Source: Vicugna vicugna
Lineage: Eukaryota
Length of the DNA stretch: 64,000 nucleotides
NCBI GenBank assembly: GCA_013265495.1
Contig: MU057887.1
Span: 321,985-385,984, forward strand
Direction: 5' to 3'
The notes under the pieces are model-generated. The model saw only the letters and a program-made list of their open reading frames with translations, made no database searches and was not told where the DNA came from. Shown piece by piece: positions 51,917 to 64,000 of this stretch. Made by a program: the position numbers and the translations under genes. Positions within the stretch are counted from its first letter, which is position 1. Each line of letters starts with the position of its first letter.

Positions 51917-52780
51917 AGATGTTAGTTAATGAATAGGAAAATGGCCAAAAAGAATCCACGGAGAGCTGGCTTTTGAACAGTTCAAGTTTAGGAAGGATTT
52001 ATGTGTAAGAGTACCTTGTGTTTTGGGTAACAAAGATTAATAGCAAAACTTGACCAAGTGTTATTATTGGGAGATTATTAAAAGCTGAGAAGCTTCTATA
52101 TAATTACCCTACAGGGAGTCAGATTTTGGAGGACTTTGGAATGCCAGCATTTGAATTTTATTTTGTAGTTACTAAAGTGCAGTAAGTATTAAGTTGTATC
52201 TTAATGACCATGAGGTTCTAGAAACTTACTCTGGTGAGTTGTGGAGTTAAGGGCAAGTGAGAGTGGGGAAAGGTTATAGTAAGGAATTTAGGCTGTTTTT
52301 CAGGAGGCCTTGGTAGTGTCCCAAACTAATCAGTGGGTTCCTGGGCAAGGTAAGTAGCAGAAGAAATGGAGTTTTTTGGTCCATCTAGCTGGTGAGTTAG
52401 GGAAGAATCCAGCACAGCACTCAAAATAGAGTTCTCTATTGATTGTTTTTGTTTTTAATAGCAAATGGTATGATCTTAGGATCAGAAAGTAAATAACAGA
52501 TTTCAAGGAATGGATACAAGCAGCCACTTAGAATAGGTGTGTGTATCCATTGCGGAGATAATACCATCAGTCCCCTCCCCAAAGCACCATGGTTTTTGAG
52601 GAGTTAAGCTGATGGCTTACTTTTGAAGAGTTTAAATTCTAGGATTGTTAACACATCCATATTAATCATATTTTGAACTTACAAATGATGTCCCAGTTTA
52701 GCAGTATGCAATTTGGGTAATTAAATATTCCGTCTTGGGAAATGTATTTCTATTAACTGTCTGTAGCCTAAAGAAGAATA

Positions 52781-53258
52781 CATGTATCTTCCTCAATTTA
52801 TGTGGGATTACGTCACAATAAACCCACAATAAGTGGAAAATATTGTAAGTCAAAAATGCATTTAATACACCTAACCTACCGAACATCATAGATCAGCCTA
52901 CCTTAAATATGTCCAGGACACTTACATTAGCCTATAGTTGGGCAGAATCATCTGACACAAAGCCTGTTTTAAGTAGTGTGGAGTATGTCGTGTAATTTAT
53001 TGAATACTGTACTGAAGGTGAAAAACAGAGTGGTTACATGGGCGGTTGTAAGTGTATCGATCGTGATGGCCTGGCTGCTGACTGGGAGCTGCGGCTTCCT
53101 GCTGCTGCCCAGCATCACAAGAGAATGGCTTACCGCGTATCACTAGCCTGAGAAAGGATCAAAATCTGAAGTCAGGTTTCTACTTAAATGTGTATCATTT
53201 ACATCATCGGAAAATTGAAAACTTTGAAGGCAAATCATCTCAAGTCAGGGACCACCTG
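52781..53258. mobile_element. Tc1/mariner-Tigger element (MER47/Tigger5-like)
   Basis: gtaagtcaaaaatgcatttaatacacctaacctaccgaacatcatag...aagtcagggaccacctg; preceded by TA. Confidence 0.75.
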
Positions 53259-53427
53259 AACTCATATTGGAGGTATTTCCAGTGCCTTATTCAAATTCTT
53301 GACTAAGGTTGACTTTACTGGATCATTCTTCAGGGAATTTTAAATATTAAAAATGTCTTGCCTGTAGCAGGACTATGTAAGTATCATTTGCATAGAATAA
53401 GTTAAGTATTTGTTGATTTAAAAAAAT

Positions 53428-53729
53428 TTTTTTTAATTGCAGAATAGTCAGTTTACAATGTTGTGTCAATTTCTGGTGTACAGCATAGTAGTTCAGTAGT
53501 ACATGTATTCGTTTTCATATTTTTTTCCATTATAGGTTACTACAAGATATTGAATATAGTTCCCTGTACAATACAGTATAAACTTGTTTGTCTATTTTAT
53601 ATATAGTAGTTAGTACCTGCAAATCTTGAACTCCCAATTTAGCCCTTCCTACCCCCTTCCCCCTCTGGTAACCATGTTTGTTTTCTATGTGAGTCTGTTT
53701 TCTGTTTTGTAAATAAGTTCATTTGTCTT
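53428..53729 (-). mobile_element. L1 3' end in NUP50 intron 1
   Basis: Poly-T followed by aattgcagaatagtcagtttacaatgttgtgtcaatttctggtgtacagc; TSD-like atttgtt(g/t)att. Confidence 0.8.
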
Positions 53730-54054
53730 GCATTTGTTTATTATTATACAGTACTTTAGATTTCTGATTTTTAAAAATCAGGTTTTTTTTTCCAAATGGC
53801 ATTGGCTTAGTGTTGTTCAGAAAAGGTGCCAGTGTTCCTCAGGAAACCTCCCTCCCTCCTCATGTAATCCTTTATTGGATTTGTGACACTGGGAACCTGC
53901 AAAATTCTAATTAACACAGTGCTCACTGGTGTCAGGAATGTGTTTATCTCGTTTTGCGCTAAAATAAATTTTAAAAATTCTTCGTAAGAGTTATATCTTG
54001 GTCTAGGAAAGTAAACTTATTACTTCTTACGTTTTTACTTTTAGGTTTGGGAAA

Positions 54055-54123
54055 ATGGCCAAAAGAATTGCCGAGAAGGAATTGACAGATAGGAATTGGG
54101 ATCAAGAAGATGAAGCAGAAGAG
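54055..54123 (+). CDS. NUP50: NUP50 first coding exon (exon starts at 54045 with 10 nt of 5'UTR)
   Basis: ttttag acceptor at 54044, ATG at 54055. Translates MAKRIAEKELTDRNWDQEDEAEE, the Nup50/Nup2 N-terminal importin-alpha-binding segment. GAG|gtaaaa donor, phase 0. Confidence 0.97.
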
Positions 54124-54593
54124 GTAAAAAATAATTTCCTTAAGACTGATTTGCTGCTGCTTCCAAATTTAAGTTCATTTTGAAATTCCTTATGCAGACT
54201 GGTAAAATTAAGTCCTTTTAAAGAACATTCTGATCTGAAAATAGTATGTTTTCTTATGGTCTGTACTTGGTGTTGAAATTCATTACATTTGGGTGTGCTT
54301 TTTCACTGGTGCCTATTCCCTAAATATTTTGCTCCTTGGTAGAAGCACCTTCCTTTTGAATTTCATGCATTTATAGCATTCTAAGCCCATGGTTCTAGTC
54401 CAGACTGAAGGATGACTAAATGATCTAGTTGTAAACTTAGCACAGTGCCAGTGCTCAGACTTGGAGAGGGGTACAGCACCACCCTCTCGGTTTGCCACAC
54501 TCAAAAAGAGTTTTAGATTTTAGAACAGAGAGGTTGTCTCCTTTAATACTTCTTGAGGTTCTGTTTTATTTCATATTCTTACAGATCTGAAAC

Positions 54594-54605
54594 AACACAC
54601 ACACA

Positions 54606-54660
<55 letters not shown>

Positions 54661-54720
54661 CCCCCCTCCCCCCCCCCCCCCCCCCCCCTCTCCCCCCCTC
54701 CCATCTCTCCCTCCCCCCCT
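54594..54720. repeat. Compound (CA)n(CT)n(C)n repeat
   Basis: Direct reading. Confidence 0.95.
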
Positions 54721-55142
54721 TGCATTTATAGGAATAGAATTTAGATTGGCCTAGTTTCTTTCCTAACAAAATAAAAATGGTCTTCCCTGAGGAAATCTTT
54801 TTAATTTTTCTCTTACAAAGACTAGAACACAGCTGCATTTCTAAAGTGTCTCATCAGCAGTTTGATACTCCCAGGCCAGTTCACTAAGGAATCTGTAACC
54901 AAGTTAGCCTTTCAAGTTAACAGAAGTGGGCTGAGTTAAAAATATACATCTGTATTTTTTAAAGAGTCTGCAGAAGCGTTTCTAAACTTACTCTTAGACT
55001 GCTATTTTTCTTCTTTCTGAATCTATTTTCTAGTACTACTATTTTTTCCTTTGCAAATATTTGTACTAATATGTTTAAAGAAATCATAATTGTAAGTATG
55101 GGCTTTTGAAAGACACAGCTGTTAACAATTCTGACTTGCTAC

Positions 55143-55234
55143 TTTTGTTTATTTTTAATGGAGGTACTGGGGATTGAACCCAGGACCTCATGCGTGCCAA
55201 GCTTAGGCTCTACCACTAAGCTATACCTTCCCCT
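55143..55234 (-). mobile_element. tRNA-derived SINE (Vic-1-like) in NUP50 intron 2
   Basis: Same core; TSD ctgacttg(c/g)tacttttt at ~55131 and ~55243. Confidence 0.85.
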
Positions 55235-56156
55235 ACCCCTCCCTGACTTGGTACTTTTTAACCAAGTCTCTAGTAACTACGTTTTTTTCCAGGTTTTAGG
55301 CACAGTTACATTCTGAGCCTAGTAAGATTTGGACTACCATATGATTTATTTTGACATTAAAATATTTCGGGAATGAAAAAACTTGCATTTGGGTAGATTC
55401 TAATGGAATGAATGTGGAAAGACATTACATTTAATTTGGGTCAAGTGTAGCCAGATGGTCCTTTCTGTTGGTGTAGAGACGTCTTTAACATTATCTGAAA
55501 TAGGTATAGATGAGAACTTTTTACAGAAAATATTTTATGCTTGTCCTCCAGGGTAAAAGGATTGAAATAAAGTCAAAGATTTTCAGCAACTTTCTGATTG
55601 TGGACTTGGTACTTTGAGTACACTGTGGAAGAGCAGAAGTTTTCTAACAGGGTCACTTAGAGCCCAGGTCCCTCGGTGGTCTTCTGGATACGGACAAATG
55701 GGCAAGGCTCTTCTTTAAAATAATGTGTATTTTATGAGTATATAATTTATTTTTGAAAACCATAATAGTAAGTTACTGGATTTGGGCATCTGGGTAATGT
55801 CTTTGAATATATTTAAAATGTTTGAAGAATGGGTCATAGTTTTGTACCAAAGTTGTGATGGTCTCAGTCTTCTTAGAACTTTGATACATGTACTCTTCTC
55901 TCTGAATTGTGATTCAAAAGCCTGGATTTGTAGTTTCTGGAAGATTTCTGATTCACCTAACTAGCGTTGAAATTCACAAGATAGACAATAGATATAAACT
56001 TTGGTTTAAAATGCCCTCTCCATAATGTGTTACCAGCAGTAATAGTACTTTAAAACCAGAAGATACTAGATCAGTTTGTCTGGTCTAGCTTTTTTGTTCG
56101 GCATTTTATCTTTTTTGGCCTGATCTCATTGCTACTTAATTTGTATACTCCTGCAG

Positions 56157-56240
56157 GTGGGAACATTCTCAGTGGCCAGTGAGGAAGTCTTGAAGAATAG
56201 AGCCATAAAGAAAGCAAAACGTAGAAATGTTGGATTTGAA
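56157..56240 (+). CDS. NUP50: NUP50 exon 3
   Basis: ctgcag acceptor; VGTFSVASEEVLKNRAIKKAKRRNVGFE; GAA|gtgagt donor; 84 nt, phase 0-0. Confidence 0.97.
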
Positions 56241-59200
56241 GTGAGTGTTTTCTTATAGTTTCTGGTATTAAACACTAATTTGACTTCAGAATTGCAGAGT
56301 ATTTTCACCTCTGGGAGCAATCAGATCTACAAATGCTTTTTAAGACACCTAGTCCATTTGTAAAAATCCTTGATTTAGACCATGGGAGATAGGGAAAAAA
56401 ATGTGATATCTGTACCTTAAAGGGAACTTATCCAGTTGTGCAAATAAGATGTAGATGTAGACACATTTGAGTTGAGTGACAGTATGAAGAGAAAAAATGA
56501 ATATAGCAATACAAAAGCAAGGGAGGTGGGTGTCAGATAGGAGTAAGAAAGGAAAATGTAAGGAATCCTCAGTCTTACCTGCTCCCTGGGATCGAGGTGT
56601 GGGTAGGGCCATATCGTTAAAAATAATAGAAGCATTTCCCATTGTTGGTTTTCCTTCTGGTCTAGTATAGTCTATTAAAGTGTTTCATTCCTAGGTTCAA
56701 AAGGATAAGAGATGAGTTATAACTCATGAGCTGAAGTCAGGTGGTCAGTGTTCAGCAACCATTCCATGTTTAACAACTCTTCCCCAGTACAGTTCTCATC
56801 CCTCAGATACATTCCAGACACGTGAGCACTGTCTTGGTAACCTGGACATCTGTTGTCAGGCAGGAGAAGCCAGGTGCTGTCAGGCAGTTCCAACATCCTG
56901 GATGGCATCTTCAGAATGAACCCACTCAACTGCACGTTCTGTGGTGGCTCTGTTAAATTTTTCTTTATTCTAAGTTCTTTCTGGTCTAATTTCATTCTTA
57001 GGACAGGTGACTAGTTGGATGTAGCTGTTGAGCCAAGCCCATTTCATGAAGAGATACAGTGGAGAGGGACAAGTTAATTAGGGGGGAAGTGATTGGTTTA
57101 GTGGTAGAAATGTATTTCAAGGGTTCTCAAGGAGACCACTAGGTATGCTGGTTGGCCACTCAGAGCAGGAATTGAGCTGAGAGGTGGGTGCGGCCCTGAG
57201 AAGTTTCCCTTCTAGCATGTTGAAGCCATGGGGGTGGATGGGAAGAGGCCTGAGAGTGGGGCTCGCGATGAAGAACGAGAAGCCAAGGGGAGACAGGCTC
57301 AAGGAGGGACGGTCCAGCTGTTGGACGTGTGACAGTGAGGAGATAGAAACAGTGCAGACCACAGTCCAAACGTGGCCAAAGGGGAGGGGGAGGGAGAGTC
57401 CTGTGGCTACTGATGGAAATGAAATGGATACTTGAAATCCATATAAAATTTTAGCTCTAACTTTTAGCATCGTTTCCCTCAGAACTTGTATATTAGGGAA
57501 ATTCAATGTTGTTTCATCCATTTAAATACTGAAATGTGGCTTTTCCCATATAGTGGATTTGTTTATTTGTTCATTCAAAGTTCTGCTAGGCACTGGAGAC
57601 ATTTGTGGGTAAAAACAGACCAAATTCTCCCTGCCTTGTGGAATTTACATCCTAATGGTGGAAGAGACACATAAATATATAGTATTTGTTTTTCTCCATG
57701 AACGCCATGAGGAAAAATAAAACAAGGGAGGAGGATTGGAGGACACAGGGATGTTTCAGTGCCCACAGATCCCAACTGGATAGCTTCTCGTTCAACTTTT
57801 ACTCTCATTTCTCTGAATGTCTCTCAGTCCTTTTTTTAAAAAACAAGTGGTTCTTGAATTTTTGTGATGATTTCTGGAGCCAATATAATGCAAGCAATTT
57901 CCAAAATAGGTATAGATACCATGTGGCTTTTTTAAATTGCACGAAATGAACAGCCCTGGAGAGTCACTTGCAGCTTTACAGTCTGTCTGTGAATTATTGT
58001 TACAAAATGATAACTGTCAGTTTGGTTATATTTTGGATTTTGAATCATCAAAAATCAAACTTAAAGCATCAGAACCTGAGCTGAATTTATTACACGCATT
58101 GGGATTCACGCAAGTTAAGATTTTGCATTCTTGCCTAGTTTTGTTGCCGTGTGTCTACCAGTGGTCGGGCAACCATTCTGTAGACGTGATTGAAACTTGT
58201 ATGTTTTTTGAAAGCTACAATAATACAAGGCTAAAAAAAAAAAATAATAATACGAGGCTAACTGGCCCATTTAGAAAATGAAGAGGTTCTAGCGTAAGTA
58301 ATTTTTGTGAGATCATTATTACAATTTATTTATGTGAGATCTTAAGGTGTATGCACCCTCTTGGATGTTCTGAGCACGTATCCTATGATGTATTTTTGAG
58401 AATATTTCCTAGAGCCTCCCTTGGACCTTTGGTCCGAGAAGCAAATCCACCCTGCTGTGGTGTAACCAGTACTTTGAAAAAAGATCTTACAGAAACTGTA
58501 GTGACTTCAATAAGGCACTGTAAACTGAGGAACTTCTCTCCTCAATTTCCCAAGGCCAGAGAGCAGCTTTAGAATGTCATAAGGAATGCCAGACATTTCC
58601 AGAGCGTCTTGGTTAGAGGTGGCAGGAAGCTAGCAACAGCAGGACAAGCCTATAGGAAGGCCTTGCTAAAAAAAGCAGCAAGAAAACCTCGAGAATAAAA
58701 TGCTGCCTCTCGATTTCTCAACTAAGGGAAAGTCTGGAATTGGGAATCAGTTCCACTTCTCAAGTTTCTGTATGCTGAAAGCAGGTTGAAAGCCATGAAA
58801 ATTCTTAGGGAAATTATAAGTAGTGGGTAAATACCTTCAGTTAACCTAACTTGATGTTTCTACAGCTTCCTTAGGCCAGTGGTCTTTGAGTAGTATGTGA
58901 AAAGTCTTTCATTTAGGGTTTAGTTGAATCGAGAATGGGTGTTTAATTATAGTTTTGTGGCTAAGTGGTGAGTCCATGAATTTATTTTTTTAGTTTTTTT
59001 TAACCTTTTAGATCCTAAGTATGTTTTTAAAAATTATTCCATTATGAATTACAACTATCCATCCTGTTTCAGGAAGGCAGCTTGGGATCACAAAGCTGTC
59101 TTCATTAATAAAATCCACCTCATGGCCTATTTCTGCTTTGCTGGGAGTTTCCTTTAATGCTGCTTGCATAAGGATTCTAGGTGTGATGTAGCCAAGACAA

Positions 59201-59275
59201 TACTTGTTATCCACTTGTTTATTTGGTGATTAAAAAGTAGAGTTAACTAATATATGCTCTTTTTTTTTATTTCAG

Positions 59276-59462
59276 TCTGATAGTGGAGGGGCCTTTAAAG
59301 GTTTTAAAGGTTTGGTCGTACCATCTGGAGGAGGGGGTTTTTCTGGATTTGGTAATGGTGCAGGAGGGAAGCCTTTGGAAGGACTGTCAAATGGAAACGG
59401 CATGACTAGTGCCCCTCCCTTCTCCAGTGCAAGGGCAGCGACCGAGACCAAGGCCACCTTCG
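59276..59462 (+). CDS. NUP50: NUP50 exon 4
   Basis: Poly-T tract and ttcag acceptor; SDSGGAFKGFKGLVVPSGGGGFSGFGNGAGGKPLEGLSNG...KATF(G); G|gtaagt donor; 187 nt, phase 0-1. Confidence 0.97.
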
Positions 59463-60473
59463 GTAAGTAGGTTCTTCTCCGCTCACCACATCTGTGCAGA
59501 GATTTTCTATGAAAAAGAACTTTGCAAAGATGTTTTTCTTGTACTTGGCCTGGGTCCTGGGTGATATGAGCAAAACAGGGTAATAATGAAAGGGATAGAG
59601 ATTAGGGAGCTTTTGGCTATTTACAGAGTAAGTGAGTAGAGCACAGGCCAAAAAGTGACCTGGGTTTTATTCTCAGCTCTGCCAGTTAGCAGCTCTGTAA
59701 CCTTGGTAAAGTTCCTTAGCCTCTGAACCTCCAAATCTTCAACTGTGGAGTGAGTGTGACCCTCAGAATTGGCCTAAGGGTCAAAGGAGAAGAGCTGTTA
59801 AGGGGCCCTCTGTAAAGGGCTTCCTTCACACCCCCTCATTCACTATGCGTCACCAAGCCCTCCCCGGTGCCACACACCTGCTGACGATCTAGGAGCCAGT
59901 CTACATTTATTTTGCCTGGGAGATGTTGGCCTGATGCCGTTTTGAGGGAGTTGGTCTTGAACTCTTGGGATTAGAATGGGTTAAAATCTCTGGTTCTTGG
60001 AAATTATCCTGATTGGTTGGATTACTTAGCTAGTTGTTCTAAGAGTATATGCTGTTTCATTTAAATTAGACGGACTGTTTAGTGCCATTAAGATAAGCAC
60101 TTTCTGTTAAAATTTTACCTGCAGCAGTACGCATTCACCCCTGCAACCTCGGGAATTAAGTTTTATACTGACCCAGTGTTTTGACACTTTGGGGTGAAAT
60201 GGGCATCTTTTTGAAGGAAAAGATTATTTTTAAATTATAGACATTTAATGTAAGCATATAATAGATTCTCTCTTCTAATACAAAGTTTGATTTGATATTT
60301 AGTATGAGTTTTGTAATAACAAGTTCCTGGATACTGTGTGCGCGCATCCTTCTTGAACTGTCACAAAAGTGGGTCACAGTGAAAGAAAATGTGAAGATGG
60401 GGGGGTGGGGTGTGGGAATCTAGGTGACTTAGTCCAACTTCTGAGTAAGTTCTTAAAACTGTGTTTCCTGTAG

Positions 60474-61139
60474 GGTCTGTTGCTGTAAATGGCCCTACCT
60501 CTTTGGTCGATAAAAAGATTTCAGATCCCAAAACGAATGGCGACCGTCAGCAGCCCTCGTCCTCCGGCCTTACCTCCAGCCCAGCCCGCCACGGGAATGC
60601 CTACCACAAGCAGTTGGCTGCCTTAAACTGCTCTGTTCGGGACTGGATCGTGAAGCACGTGAACACAAACCCCCTGTGCGATCTGACTCCCATCTTTAAA
60701 GACTACGAGAAGTACTTAGCAGGGATCGAGCAGCTGCATGTGGCCGGTGGCGGCAGCGGTTCTGAGGGTGAAACTAGCAAGATGTCAGCTGAAACAGAGC
60801 CTCCTTCCCTGTTTGGTTCAGCAAAACTGCAGCAGGAGTCAACTTTTTTGTTTCATGGCAACAAAACTGAGGATACATCTGAAAAGAAGTTGGAGGCGGT
60901 GTCTGAAAAGAATAAGGACCCATCCCCGGGAGCAACAAGCGCCTCATTTAACTTCGGCAAGAAAATCGATAGTTCTGTTTTGGGCTCCTTAAACTCTGGC
61001 CCCTTGACTGGATTTTCATTCTCTTCTGGAAACTCCAGTTTATTTGGCAAAGATACTACCCAAAGTAAACCAGTTTCTTCACCATTTTCCACTAAAACAC
61101 TGGAGAGCCAAGGAGAAGGTGGCAACAGTGAATGCAAAG
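60474..61139 (+). CDS. NUP50: NUP50 exon 5 (central domain and FG motifs)
   Basis: ctgtag acceptor; contains AYHKQLAALNCSVRDWIVKHVNTNPLCDLTPIFKDYEKYL and SLFG/FNFG/SLFG motifs; AAG|gtaaac donor; 666 nt, phase 1-1. Confidence 0.97.
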
Positions 61140-61462
61140 GTAAACGGAAAGTCAGCCCCCGGCGTCAGCTTTAGGTTGTGTGGGTTCTGTGTGTAGTGGG
61201 AGAGTGTAGGCTGGTGAGTGAGGTGGGTCTGACTCACGTCGTGGCTCCACCGTTTCCCAGCCGTGGGTGTGATTCTGGACAGAGCTGAGTAGCTTCTTTG
61301 AGTCTGTTTCCTTATTTGTAAAAGTGGAGTAAGACCTGTTTGTAGAGTTGTTCTATGGATTAAGAATATAAAGATGATAATATAAAAATACCTGGCACAG
61401 TGACTTTGAAAAGTTTCAAACATACAGCTTTCCATTAAAAAAAATTAAGTGAATTAACATTT

Positions 61463-61641
61463 AAAAAATTAACTTAAATATTTAATTTATAATATATTTT
61501 TAAATTGAAATATAGTTGTACAGTATCATGTTACAGGTATACAATATAGTGATTCACAGTGTTTAACGGTTATACTCCATTTATAGTTATTATAAAATAT
61601 TGGCTATATTCCCCATGCTATACAATACATCCTTACAGCTT
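61463..61641 (-). mobile_element. Short 5'-truncated L1 3' end in NUP50 intron 5
   Basis: Perfect 14-bp TSD gtgaattaacattt at 61449-61462 and 61642-61655. Confidence 0.8.
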
Positions 61642-63077
61642 GTGAATTAACATTTTTTGAAAATTGTATTTTATTGAAAAAATTCATCATGGAGGTCCTC
61701 TGAATTGTTTGTATTTTGGGAGATTTGATTATAAGTACAATCACATAGCAAAACAGTACTGTAAGTAAAAAAGGTAGACTTTTCATAGCCATGGGGAACA
61801 AGTTGATAGTGTTTTCCCAAGATGTGTCTGGGTTACAGCCGCCTTTCTAGAAGCTTCCTGTGGTGTGTGTTGGTACCCTAGGCCAGGCCTTAGTCCCAGC
61901 CCCTCCACTCTGTTCACTCCCTGAAAAGAAGGGTTTGCCGTAATCCCTCTTCATCACATGGTGGCTGTGAACAAATAATGTCTGTGAAGATACAAGCAGT
62001 TGAAAGTACATCTCAGGCATTAACACAGTGATCCTTGAGAGGGAAGACTGCAGTTGCCAATATACCCCTGAATATTATGTTTTTCTTCCAGGAGCTAAAC
62101 TTCCATTCCATTGTCTTGCCCTGCCTTCCGCTGTATCCTCAGGCAGTGGCCTTCCAGGGCAAAGGATGGAATAAAGGTCTCCCCCTTTACTTCTTCTTGG
62201 CCCTAAACAAGACCGATGGAGAGTCTGTCCTGGGTCTAGGACAGTCACAGGGGCACTGCAGCTTGTAGAAGGGATGTGGAATTTGAATTGAGTCTCCATC
62301 TCAGCAGGATGCTTAGTGCTTATCTGAGGTTATCACGTTTTATGCACAGACTTGGAGAGCTTGTTCAAATAACTGGGGCCTGGGGCACGGGGTGCACACT
62401 CGAGGGCCCAACTCAACAGTTCCTCCTTAAAACTGAAATCTTGTGACCTGAATTTTTTGAGCATCAGGATGGCTTTTCTTCCAGTCACTGTTCAGTGAAT
62501 TTTTTGCAGTTACTTTCTCTTTAAAGGGGTCAGTGTTTGTTTCTAACAGTGACTTGGGAGACCCTTGTGGTGGGGGCACTAGAGTGAACGAAAGTGCTGC
62601 TCGGCCCAACTCAGCAGGGCCCCGTGGTACTGGGGTGTCCGCGGTGTGGCTGTCCAGACAAAGTTTAAGTCGCTTATACTTGGCTTCAGGCTGATTTCTC
62701 TTAACACTTTCCCTAGAAGTCTTTTATTTCCTTCATCTTCTTTGGCTGTTGCTCATGTTGATTACTCCTTGGCTGGTGCAGGTGCGGTCAGCGGAGTGTT
62801 TGGGGGTGAAAGTGTTAGAAACCTGTCTGAGGTTTGCATTTTCCAGTGGGTGATCTGAGTATGTATGAGCGTTGACTTTTTCTGTGTATGTGCACTGAGT
62901 ATAAACAGGGGCACTTTTTCATTCCAAGGCTTTCTACAAAACTCCAGTGCATGCCCCCCCCCACACACACACACAGTTAGACTGTGCTTTCAGTTTCTGT
63001 ATCAGCTTGCATGGAATTTATCACGTTTTCAAGCTATTAATTTGAACCTTCCTGAACGAGTGCTGTTTTTGTGAAAG

Positions 63078-63159
63078 GTGGAGATGAAGATGAGAACGAC
63101 GAGCCGCCCAAAGTTGTAGTCACTGAAGTGAAAGAAGAGGATGCTTTTTACTCCAAAAA
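63078..63159 (+). CDS. NUP50: NUP50 exon 6 (leading into the RanBD1 domain); gene continues beyond the window
   Basis: gtgaaag acceptor; (G)GDEDENDEPPKVVVTEVKEEDAFYSK(K); AA|gtaagt donor; 82 nt, phase 1-2. Confidence 0.95.
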
Positions 63160-64000
63160 GTAAGTCACCATCTTGGGAGTCCACTTGACAGACGTGGAAG
63201 GAGGCTGTGGCGGCGTGTGCGGGTGGCGTCCCTGCGGAACTCATTGCACATTCCACCCTGGGGTCAGGCTGTGCTGCTCTTTGAACTGGAACAAGGAAGA
63301 ATTCTTGGCCTATTTATTTAAAAACAATCCAATTCCAGAAATTTTCTGCTGGGCGTATCCTACTCTTATCTGTTAATTTAGTTCTTTTCTGCTTTTAAAA
63401 TGCTTTAAAGACAGTCTTTTCTCTGGTCCTGCCCCGTCTCACTCATCCTCCTCTCTCCTCTCCTCCTCCCTTCTCTCCCCTCCTCCCCGACAGAGACAGT
63501 CACTGCTTTCAGGTTCAGTTTTCCTTCTGCTCTTAAATTAGGCAGCATCTCGGATTCCTTCCTGGAGACATGGCTGGCTTTCGTGGATTCTCTCACAGCC
63601 AGAAAGTCCTGCGTAGTAACCATCCCTCCCCCGAGTGATGAGAGCAGTTGGTTTTTTTGTTTTTTGTTTGTTCAGTGAGCTACTTTCAGAAGACAGCTGA
63701 AGGGAAGTTTTGAGTTAACCTCTCAGTGAAATGTAGTTAGTGGTTTTTAACCAAGATACTTACTTGAAAAACATTTGTGCCATTTTAGAAGCTTCCCTGG
63801 ATATGTTTTTCTAATACAGAAATTTCAGACTTAATAAGGCAGCTGTTTTCATAGTTTAAGTCACTGTACCCTGTGGGATTCCCAAGTGTTGTTTATTTGT
63901 GAGAGCTTTTAAGAGACCAACAATTCCTTTTACCTGTTTTAAAATTTAGTTACACAGGTGACCTGAAGGAGTGACCCTGAGTTAAGATCTTTTTCTAGTA

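Noticed and set aside
56717..56995. 92-aa antisense ORF in NUP50 intron 3 as a pseudogene fragment
   Set aside because: No protein family recognised, and no poly-A tail or TSD.
1..64000. CRISPR arrays, operons or prokaryotic defence systems
   Set aside because: The sequence is clearly mammalian (spliceosomal introns, LINE/SINE/LTR content), and there is no repeat-spacer array.

Overview
Mammalian genomic DNA, most likely camelid, based on six copies of a tRNA-derived SINE matching the Vic-1 type. The last ~14.5 kb holds the CpG-island promoter, a probable non-coding exon 1 and coding exons 2-6 of NUP50 on the + strand; the Ran-binding-domain exons lie beyond the window end. The first ~49 kb has no credible protein-coding gene. 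It is mostly transposon fossils (L1, L2, MIR, MaLR/ERVL/ERV1 LTRs, DNA transposons) plus a U6 snRNA retropseudogene. Repeat family names come from my recall of consensus sequences, not a database search, and repeat boundaries are approximate. I found no convincing wholly new biological system. The strongest leads are: (1) local AT->GC substitution hotspots that have turned an L1 ORF2 fossil into a CpG-rich patch and skewed one SINE copy relative to its five siblings; (2) an ERV-L dUTPase fragment sitting in inverted orientation inside an MLT2 LTR; (3) a NUP50 5' leader in which donor choice would turn one upstream ATG into either an overlapping uORF or an in-frame N-terminal extension; (4) an intact solo LTR next to the promoter; (5) a candidate exon of a divergent antisense lncRNA.
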